A stretch of 64,000 nt of DNA from contig CAWAIK010000005.1 of the NCBI GenBank assembly GCA_963782115.1, forward strand, positions 64,001-128,000, in the 5' to 3' direction. Every line of letters begins with the position of its first letter. Position 1 is the stretch's first letter. Made by a program: the position numbers and the translations under genes. The DNA comes from an uncultured Verrucomicrobiae bacterium. GTDB lineage: Bacteria > Verrucomicrobiota > Verrucomicrobiia > Chthoniobacterales > JAFAMB01. Shown here piece after piece: positions 55,989 to 64,000 of the stretch. The notes under the pieces are model-generated. The model did not search any database, was not told the DNA's origin, and was given only the letters and a program-made list of their open reading frames with translations.

Positions 55989-56300
55989 ATCTGTTTAGCG
56001 CGGTGTAGACCTCTCCCAATCGTCTCGATCATGGATGTTGCTGGCTAAAGTCTTCCCGGGGAGACACCGGACGAAGGAAGCAAACCCGTGCCTCGCTGTG
56101 CCAAAGAAATCGAGGACGAAGGACGAGAACGATTGGGGGAGGGAATCGAGATTTTGACTATGTATCGAAGCTTGCTTCCTAATCGTCGTCGTCGTGGTCG
56201 TCCTTCGTCCTTCGATCTTTGAACGTTGTCGGCAATCGGCGCGTTTCCCCCGTCCATAGAAGTCGAGAACGACGACGATTACGATTTCAGAACAAGAGGA
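55989..56300. repeat. Degenerate MITE-like repeat (CTGTTTAGCG / GAGGACGAAGGACG family)
   Basis: ATCTGTTTAGCG end plus CGAGGACGAAGGACGAG and GTCGTCCTTCGTCC arms. Confidence 0.65.
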
Positions 56301-56377
56301 CGAGTGGGGATAAAGGGGCGTTTCATTCGTTGCTGATCGAGATTTAGACAACGCAGGCCCACGTGCCTCCGATGGCT

Positions 56378-56648
56378 CTTAAAGACAGTGACTCTTTGTG
56401 ACCTTTGCGATCTTCTGTTCAAAAATGACTTTTGCTTTTTTTCTGTCTTAGTGCCGGGGGGACGAAGAAAAATCATTTGCACAGATCACAAAGGTCACAA
56501 AGACAATCCTTTCGATAGAAACGGCCTACGCCCGGAGCCACATCTAAGCCCCCGATCAGTGCCAAAGACCCAGTAAATCCCGAAACAGGATGCGGATGAG
56601 CATGGAAGAGTTCGGCGATCTGTTTTTCGTAGCGCGCGATGTAAGGCA
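56378..56648. repeat. ~275-bp repeat, copy 2 (inverted relative to 1634-1912)
   Basis: Reverse complement of 1634-1912 with a few substitutions and small deletions. Confidence 0.95.
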
Positions 56649-56653
56649 CACGC

Positions 56654-57505
56654 TTATGCAGCGGCGCTTTCGATTTCCTTTAGTTCAGCATCCGATATGG
56701 AGATCGCCGCGGCCTTGAGGTTCTCCTCAAGATGAGCAACCGACGAGGTCCCCGGGATCGGCAGCATGACAGGGCTGCGGTGCAACAGCCATGCGATCGA
56801 GAGCTGTGCCACCGTGGCGCCGTGGCGTTTTGCAATCGTGTCCAGCTTGCCGCCGGGCTGGGCCAGCTTGCCGGCTGCCACCGGGAACCATGGTATGAAA
56901 GCGAGTCCATGTTTCTCGCAATACTCCAGCACGTCCTCATGCTGGCGGTCGCCTACGTTGTAGAGGTTCTGCACACTGACGATGTCTATTAACTTGCGAG
57001 CCTGCTCAATCTCGGCGGGCTTCACCTCACTGAGACCAACATGGCGGATCTTGCCCTGACGCTGCAGTTTGCCAATCACTCCCAACGACTCTTCTACGGG
57101 CACCTGAGGATCGATGCGGTGCAGTTGCCAGAGATCGATCACTTCCGTCTTCAGAAGACGCAGACTCATCTCGACCTGCTGCGCCAGATACTCCGGTCGG
57201 CCAACAGGTAGCCATTGGTCAGGTCCTTGCCGGGTCAACCCTGCCTTGGTCGCGACCACTAGCCCTTTTGGGAAGGGAGAAAGTGCCTCGCCAATTAACC
57301 GCTCACTGACTGCGGGGCCGTAACTATCGGCAGTGTCGATGAAATTCACTCCCAGTTCTACTGCGCGCTTCAAGACCCGCTTTGCTTCGTCGACATCTTT
57401 CGGCTCACCCCAAATGCCTTTGCCGGTCAGTCGCATTGCTCCAAATCCAAGGCGATTTACTTCCAGATCGCCGCCAATTTTGAATGTCCTAGCTGGTGTG
57501 ATCAT
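56654..57505 (-). CDS. Aldo/keto reductase
   Basis: LGFGAMRL, IDTADSYG, ATKAG, IDLWQLH, VGLSE, VQNLYN, PIPGT. Confidence 0.93.
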   Translation of the reverse strand: MITPARTFKIGGDLEVNRLGFGAMRLTGKGIWGEPKDVDEAKRVLKRAVELGVNFIDTADSYGPAVSERLIGEALSPFPKGLVVATKAGLTRQGPDQWLPVGRPEYLAQQVEMSLRLLKTEVIDLWQLHRIDPQVPVEESLGVIGKLQRQGKIRHVGLSEVKPAEIEQARKLIDIVSVQNLYNVGDRQHEDVLEYCEKHGLAFIPWFPVAAGKLAQPGGKLDTIAKRHGATVAQLSIAWLLHRSPVMLPIPGTSSVAHLEENLKAAAISISDAELKEIESAAA

Positions 57506-57654
57506 GTCCTTATCCTTGTCTCCTTATTCGTTGCATGGCTCGAGCGGAAATCAAGAGTATCCGGCAGACGAACACGCCCTAGGTGTGTTCGTTCTGCCGG
57601 TACAATAGTTGAGGCGCCTATTGCTTTCCTTCCATGCGTCGGTTCGAAATGCCT

Positions 57655-57753
57655 ATAAGCGAAGAATGGCTCCGCGTCTTGCAGCAGGCTGCAGTATTCG
57701 CAGCGATGACCGGCTCGTTCGCGGACAAATTGCCGGAGCCGCTCGTCCATCAA
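57655..57753 (-). pseudogene. HNH endonuclease N-terminal fragment
   Basis: MDERLRQFVRERAGHRCEYC, then similarity is lost. Confidence 0.7.
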
Positions 57754-58478
57754 GCGGCGTGACCTTCAGTCAAAAGTCGGCGAGCTTTCGCTTGCAGAAT
57801 GGCGACGAAGTTCCCGAAACGGATCAGTGCCTCATACTCGTCGCGTTCGTCTGGCGTGAGCCTTCCTTCTGTGCATTTGTCGGCCAGTTCTTCGATCCGC
57901 CCCTGCATCTCCGTTTCGGCACGTAGGCGAAGCAACGCCTCGGCGCTTTGTCGGTCAAGACATTGGAAGATAAGGCTTGGTATGTTGCACTCAATTGGGA
58001 GTTGATTATCCTGGGCCAGGCCGAGCTCGTGCTCTAGGATCGCGCACAGTTTCGACTGCCTTTTATAATCCCGGACCGGATTGTGGAGCGTCAACATCTT
58101 CGGGTGAATCTTATTGATCGCAACATGGATGTGGACGTTGTCGGTGTCGTGATGAACGATGCTTATCCGCTGATGTTCAGCGTAGCTGAGCTCCTTGCAA
58201 AAGCGCTCCTCGATCACGCGTAGCGTGTGAGCATCGGGGTTTTCACCGGCCCTAAGCGAAATGAACAGATGATAGGTGCGATCTGATTTGGCCCGTGTAT
58301 TAAGCCGCTGTGTCGCGACGATTTCCCGGACCGCCCATGTTGTATCGGTCGAGATGCAGTTGGTAATTGTGACCTCACCCACCCTTGTCTCTTTGCTTTG
58401 GGGATCGAGCACATGGGCCACGAGCTTACTGAACCGTCCCTTCCTTGGAGTTTTAATTGCAAACTTTTTAGAGATCAT
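57750..58478 (-). pseudogene. traI: MOBP (IncP TraI-like) relaxase N-terminal domain fused to the C-terminal part of an HNH-partner small protein
   Basis: YHLFISL, HQRISIVHHDTDNVHIHVAINKIHP (3H motif); after ~58005 it switches to RIEELADKCTEGRLTPDERDEY..LQAKAR. Confidence 0.8.
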
Positions 58479-58488
58479 CTTTAAGCGC

Positions 58489-58672
58489 TTAAAGATCCTC
58501 GAGCCGGTCACTCATCTTTGTCTGTAGCGCACGCACATCAGATAATGTGTTCTCCAGTTTGCGCTGCAACCCCTGCGCGCTGCTCGACTGAAAATCGGCA
58601 TTCGTGGTTAACCACCTTTTGATGAGGCCACCAAACCGGCCAAGATCAGCGTTGGTTTTAACCAATCGGACC
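58489..58672 (-). pseudogene. traJ: TraJ-like relaxosome protein C-terminal fragment
   Basis: Manual reading VRLVKTNADLGRFGGLIKRWLT resembles RP4 TraJ 'INGDLGRLGGLLKLWLT'; directly upstream of the relaxase. Confidence 0.7.
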
Positions 58673-58749
58673 CTCGCCTACCGGCGTTCTCTCGCTCAAC
58701 CTAAGACTGAACCAGAACACATCCTTTTCCCTGACCAAAATATCATCGA

Positions 58750-59406
58750 ATGAAAACCCATTTGATCTTGAACATGGGCGGACGCGGCGGCGTGGGAAAA
58801 ACCGTCGCTCTCCTCGTTATAGCCGATTACCTCCAATCCAGGGGCTTTAAGTTCCATACTGCTGATTACGACACTGAAAACGCCGCTAAGCTCAGCTCCT
58901 TCTCTCACTGGTTTGACGGCAAAACCCTCTTGCTCAATCTCCGAAACACCGCTGATTGCGACAAACTCTTAAGCGGATCCGCCTCTTCGGGCGCCCTCTT
59001 CGTCCTGGCCGATCTTTCCTCTAACGCCAGCGGTGATATTGCTTCCTGGTGGCAGGAAGTCGTCACCCCAGAAACTCTTCAGGAATTAAAGCTCAGCGTC
59101 ACCGCTCTTGGCGTCGTAACTCCGCAACCTGGCTCCGCTGAATCTGTTCTGGAATGGATCGATACTCTGGGCAGCAATATTCAGTATCTTGTCGCTCTGA
59201 ATCGTCTGCTTTTTGAGCGTGTTCCAGGCTCGGACGCTGACGTCTTTACCGATTGGTTTTCCCTCGATACCAAAGGATTGCCGTTGCACACATTTGAGAT
59301 CCCTCATCTGCACCGTCCCGCAATGGACGCTCTCATCAAAGCCACGAAGTTGCCTTCACGCGCAATCAAAGGACTGAAATCTACGTTCTTATGCGAAGTC
59401 GCATAA
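58750..59406 (+). CDS. ParA/TraL-like P-loop ATPase (3' end possibly frameshifted, continuing to ~59486)
   Basis: GGRGGVGKT deviant Walker A; ADYDTEN. Confidence 0.7.
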   Translation: MKTHLILNMGGRGGVGKTVALLVIADYLQSRGFKFHTADYDTENAAKLSSFSHWFDGKTLLLNLRNTADCDKLLSGSASSGALFVLADLSSNASGDIASWWQEVVTPETLQELKLSVTALGVVTPQPGSAESVLEWIDTLGSNIQYLVALNRLLFERVPGSDADVFTDWFSLDTKGLPLHTFEIPHLHRPAMDALIKATKLPSRAIKGLKSTFLCEVA

Positions 59407-59559
59407 GAGCCTGGATAGATCGGATCCACGCCCAACTGGACGCCCTTGGGCTCTTCGCTTCTGACAAGGCCGCCCAACTAGACTAGAGGCCACCAAATGA
59501 ACAGGATTCCAGGCGCTAACGGTGGATGGGGCTAAGCACGGGTTAAGCACGACCTCCAG

Positions 59560-59770
59560 ATAGCCGGCGGTGTCGTGAGCATCCAGCGATCGAACATTTT
59601 GAGCAAAACTTCATCTATCTGTTGAGCATCGGGCTTGGAAACGCTTGAATTCGCTTGGAGCGAGTCTAGTTGCCATCCGTTCTGTTCCTGCGCCATTACG
59701 CTCGGGCAGAAGACCAATGCCGACATCGCTAAAGTTCCCGATAAAGTTCTGAAGCCGTTTTGGCCAAATA
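59560..59770 (-). pseudogene. SnoaL/NTF2-like secreted protein fragment
   Basis: QQIDEVLLKMFDRW.AHD-like start of an NTF2 fold, frameshifted. Confidence 0.4.
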
Positions 59771-59971
59771 GTACCGCGATATAAGTCGAAATCTATGCCC
59801 ACTGTTGTGTCAAAGCGCCGTACCAGAAGTGCTCGGGGGAAAAGCAAAGTGATTGTCGTTATGAGGGACACTTCGCCACAACGGTTCTGGTCTACGCTAA
59901 AGCAACCGCACCTCGTCCATCAAAGTATGGAGCAATCAAGTCTGTCTATATTATCCATATCTTTGATCAGT

Positions 59972-60175
59972 ATGAGGAAAGAAATTAATATCAGTACCAC
60001 AAAAATCAAACCCGAGATCCGGACTTGGTACGCCTTTGAAGGACCTTTGGGAGAGGTTGTTCATAACAAACGGTTCTTCTTCGCGTGGAAGGAAGGATGC
60101 CTGATGGGAACCTACAACACACTTGAGGAGGCTACGGAATCCCTTGCGCCGGGAGAAAGGCGAAAGACAAACTGA
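59972..60175 (+). CDS. Small hypothetical protein
   Basis: 67-aa ORF MRKEINIS...TYNTLEEATESL; no recognised motif. Confidence 0.4.
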   Translation: MRKEINISTTKIKPEIRTWYAFEGPLGEVVHNKRFFFAWKEGCLMGTYNTLEEATESLAPGERRKTN

Positions 60176-60414
60176 AAGATATAAGATTATTCCACATGTC
60201 GCGTCCCCTTTTTTGCTCGTGTTGGTGACGATGCCGATCGGGCGATCCATATCATTAACTCACGCGAATGGATTTCCGGGATCTGCGAGGCGGCAGTGCA
60301 GAAGGGTTACTGACTGCGATAGGGTATCCGACACAGTAATCAACACGAACAGGGAGGGTAAATTTGTTCGGTGGCAAAAAGGGGTGCTAGAGTCGCCATA
60401 ACTTTAGCTTCCCT

Positions 60415-60548
60415 GAAATTGTCAACGTTTTTATCCACGATGAAGGCGGTCACCGCATCGTTCAGCGCCTGTTGGAAGGCTGCGGGAGCAGCCCCGCCAT
60501 GAACATAGCTCGGGACCAGCTTGTCCTTCGCGAAGGAGTCCATCGACC
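60415..60548 (-). pseudogene. Sugar-binding protein C-terminal fragment
   Basis: LVPSYVHGGAAPAAFQQALNDAVTAF resembles glucose/mannose SBP C-termini. Confidence 0.55.
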
Positions 60549-60775
60549 ATTAGGGGTAACCATCGAATTTCGAACGGTCAACATCGGTCCGAGCCGGCGG
60601 CGATTGTTTCTGGCTATGCGATGATCGTGGTCGTATTGAACCTGCCAGAAGCCACCGCGCAGGACCAGACACTTGCCGATTGAGGAGGTCGAGGTATTTT
60701 GTCTGTAAACATTCCGTTATTCTGAGATTTGGCTGGAAATCGACGTCGCTGTCCGTAAAAGAATCTAGAAAACTC

Positions 60776-61252
60776 ATGGCCCAAAAACCAGTCATCCCCC
60801 GGTCTCGCAAAACAGTAGAACGCGCCAAAAAACCGGCTGCGAAAGATACCGTCAAAAAGCTCGATAAAGCAGTCGGCGCGCGAGGATCGACGCTCGGCAC
60901 CATAGACACCCTCGTTAACAAGCATCTTGCCAGCTTCCGAAATGCAGAGAAAACGCTGGCGGAAGCAAGGGCGCTGGTTCAATCCTATGTCGAGAAATAT
61001 CCTGAATTGGGGGATTATCTCCCTAAAGACGCAGTGGAACGCGGAATTTACATCCGAGAGAGTACCACGGATGAATCGGAAGGCTCACACAAGTTCCACA
61101 TTCGCATTCGGTTGGGAGAGCAGCGGTATGAAGTTGCTGGGGCAGACCAACACGACTATGAGCAAGTGACAGCTGCCACTTGGATCCAACGTTTCAAGGA
61201 ACAACTAGCGGTGAGTATAGCAAAGATCGTTTTCGCTCGAGAAGCTGGCTAA
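60776..61252 (+). CDS. Hypothetical protein with basic N-terminus
   Basis: 158-aa ORF from ATG 60776; no recognised domain. Confidence 0.6.
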   Translation: MAQKPVIPRSRKTVERAKKPAAKDTVKKLDKAVGARGSTLGTIDTLVNKHLASFRNAEKTLAEARALVQSYVEKYPELGDYLPKDAVERGIYIRESTTDESEGSHKFHIRIRLGEQRYEVAGADQHDYEQVTAATWIQRFKEQLAVSIAKIVFAREAG

Positions 61253-61389
61253 CTGGTCGAGAATTCATTCGGTCCATGGGTCCCTCGAGTGTAGTTTCCG
61301 CGCCCATTCAAAAAAACTTTCCGATAACTGTGCGACGGAATGAATAGAAGACGTAATCCACGGAGATCACCTCCAAAAAAACGTAGAAT

Positions 61390-62647
61390 ATGAAACAAGA
61401 AAACCTCCCTCCTACTGTGTCAACTGAGACACAGTCCCCTCCATCGGCGAGAGAAGATATTCAGTCTCAATGGCATAATGTCGTCAGGCGACGCTCATTT
61501 CTCAAGGGCCTCGGCGTTGTCGGCGCAACGTTGCTGCCGGCCAGCGCACTATTGATGACCAAAGGCAAGGCGCAGGAAACAAAGAGAAGAGGCAAACTTA
61601 CTAAAGGCGATGCAGATCTTCTCAGGTTCGCGGCATGGGCGGAAATCGTAGAGAGCGATCTGTGGACGCAATACAATGAGCTGGGCGGAGCCACAAAACC
61701 CAACGACGGCCCAACCAACGTCGGGAATCCGGCATACATGGCTGCGCTCCAAAATCTGGATTCCGACATGCCCCAGTACAATTAGCGATAATACCGATGA
61801 TGAACTGAGCCACGCAGCCTTCCTGAACGCCTACTTGCAGTCTAAGGGCGCAGAACCGGTCAACCTTGATGCGTTTCGAACCTTGCCAGGCAGTAGAGCG
61901 ACAGGGGTTGATACTACGAAAAACAATAAACGCCTCACAAACCTCCTAAACCTCACGGTGGACCTTAGTTGGTATACTCGGTACCGGAGCGAAGAGAACC
62001 CTGACAGTCCTTTCAACTTTATCTTCCAGGGTCCCTTTAAGATTGTGAATGAGCCGGGCATTCCCGCATCCGACGCCGACACTCCCACCCCTCCCACGGT
62101 AGTGACAGCGCCCCCAATCGCTCCGGGGGCCCAACGCATCCAAGCGATCGCCAACACGGCGGGATTTCACTTTGCGTTTATCGAGCAGGGTGGCTCGAGT
62201 CTTTATATTACGCTCGCACTCAAGGCAACCAGTCAAGAGGTTCTGCGAATCTTGCTCAGTATTGGCGGAGTCGAGATTGACCACTTTTCGCTTTGGCATG
62301 ACAAGGCAGGGAATGCGGTGTCTCAACCTTTGGCTGGTGTGAAAGACCCTATAACTGGGTTAACGTTTCCGGATCTTAATGCCGTCACTCCAGCGGCAGC
62401 GCTGGAGCTCACCCAGACTAACAAGATCCTACCCGAGCCGTGCGACTTTATTTTGGAAGACCCAGCCTTACCTAACTGTTCGGTGATTCGCCCTACCTCC
62501 ACCGCGCAAGGGGGTGCAGTGGCCACTGTCAATGCTTTCGCGGCCGATGGGCTTTTCCTCGGCCACGAAAAGGATGGGTTCCTTGAATTTTCAATGGACC
62601 TGGCAACGGCAGCGGATAATGCACGGCGCGAGTTCGAGGAGGACTAG
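61390..62647 (+). pseudogene. Tat-exported ferritin-like domain protein, +1 frameshift near 61780
   Basis: RRRSFLK Tat motif; EIVESDLW..Y; DNTDDELSH; FIEQGG; EIDH; the sequence CAGTACAATTAGC has one extra A relative to QYISDN. Confidence 0.85.
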
Positions 62648-63131
62648 CGAAAGAAAATAAAGAAAGGAAATGGATAACCTCTGGAGGGGTCAGACATGGC
62701 AGATTCTGGCACGTTTGTACCCTCCTACTTCCAATCAATAGCAAAGTGCACGAGTTACTACGGTAGCACTTTTGAGGTTGCAAAACGTCTGAGATCAGCC
62801 TCGGTCGCAACTTAGTTCCTCAGCCAGTGCCGTTGAACAGGTTGAGGGCAACAACGGCACAGACAGGGATATGGAATGTTTTTCTCAAACGCTCGGAAAG
62901 AAGCACCCTTGCGGTTAATTGGCAGCGTGCGCCTCGTGGCATCCTGGTGGGTCGTGGATTTCTGCGGCGGAAACTTCGGTCCGAGGCAGTCCGAAAACTT
63001 AATCACGTAGACAAGGATGGGCTTGATACCAGCGTCCGGCAGATTAACCGTTCCTCTGCCGCTGCAGGGGGAGCGCCGGAATACCGGCGTTCCTACTGCA
63101 ACAGAAACACAGGAAAAACTGAGATCCCTCC

Positions 63132-64000
63132 ATGAAAAACATCAGCCATCTCCACACTGGCTTTTTGCGAGGCCGAGCTTTTAGTCTTGTCTCGGCGTTT
63201 GTCTTGCTCTCACCGGCAGCCTTAGTCGCTCAGCAGTACCAACAGACTAATCTCGTCTCGGATATATCAGGATTCGGAGCAACCACTATTGATCCGCATC
63301 TCAAGAATCCCTGGGGCATCACGAGAGGCACTACGACCCCTTGGTGGGTTTCGGATAATAGGACCGGCTTTTCCACGTTATATGATGGAAAAGGAGATAA
63401 GTTTCCATTGCCTCCCGCGGCTCCATTAGTGGTCACGATTCTGTCGTCGAATCCGCAGTCTCCGACCGGCACCCCAACCGGCGCGGTCTTCAACGGGAGC
63501 ACTGATTTTGCCATAACTCCGGGCAATCCAGCCCTGTTCATTTTTGTGTCCTTAGACGGCACAATCTCAGCATGGAGCCCGAAGCTTGCAGACCCGACGG
63601 TTGCAATGGTGAAAGTGCCAGGATCGGCCAACTCGGTACTGACAGGCGCAACAATAGCTCAGATCGGAGACGATCGGCTTCTCTATGTAGCCGATTTGAA
63701 AGAAGGAAAGATCAAAGTTTACGATACGAATTTTGACCCGGTTGAGACTGGACGTGAGGCTTTCGAGGATGACGATATTCCGCAAGGGTTCGCTCCATTT
63801 AATGTGCAGAACATCGGCGGCAACCTTTATGTAGCGTACGCGCAACAGAATCAGGCTAAGAACTTTGTGGTTTTTGGTGCGGGGCTGGGCTTTGTTGATG
63901 TCTTTTCGCCGCGAGGACGTCTGTTGCTACGCCTAGAACACGGCGATCAGTTCAATGCACCTTGGGGACTAACTCTTGCTCCGAGCGACTTCGGAAGCTT
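63132..64000 (+). CDS. TIGR03118-family secreted protein, runs off the window edge
   Basis: Manual translation from ATG 63132: signal peptide, QQYQQTNLVSD, DPHLKNPWGI, PWWVSDN, PTGAVFNG, APFNVQNI, FNAPWGL. Confidence 0.88.
   Translation, partial: MKNISHLHTGFLRGRAFSLVSAFVLLSPAALVAQQYQQTNLVSDISGFGATTIDPHLKNPWGITRGTTTPWWVSDNRTGFSTLYDGKGDKFPLPPAAPLVVTILSSNPQSPTGTPTGAVFNGSTDFAITPGNPALFIFVSLDGTISAWSPKLADPTVAMVKVPGSANSVLTGATIAQIGDDRLLYVADLKEGKIKVYDTNFDPVETGREAFEDDDIPQGFAPFNVQNIGGNLYVAYAQQNQAKNFVVFGAGLGFVDVFSPRGRLLLRLEHGDQFNAPWGLTLAPSDFGS

Overview
64-kb bacterial window of moderately high GC. The repeat families and gene types suggest a soil Verrucomicrobia-like genome (inference). It is a mosaic accessory region with several carbohydrate-use clusters: a GH2+GH42 beta-galactoside ABC/LacI cluster, a decayed monosaccharide ABC cluster, an RpiR/LacI-linked rare-sugar pathway (SIS isomerase, ABC, lactonase, TIM-barrel isomerase, SDR, ribokinase, FucU), a GH1/GH3 beta-glucoside cluster and xylA. 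Between them lie many gene fragments (TA modules, MOBF and MOBP conjugation remnants, IS630/IS110/Y1 transposase pieces) and several short palindromic repeat families. The most notable structures read directly from the sequence are: (1) a 748-nt ORF-less group II intron inserted precisely into a REP hairpin next to a RAYT pseudogene, with an EBS1-like loop that exactly complements the conserved REP flank; (2) a 1.67-kb transposase-less element with 51-bp TGT...ACA inverted ends and a 5-bp target duplication, carrying a sugar-binding-protein gene and nested in a MITE; (3) an IS110 left end with a bridge-RNA-like two-loop fold. No rRNA, tRNA or CRISPR array was found. All family assignments are by motif recognition only, and some frameshifts could be sequencing errors.
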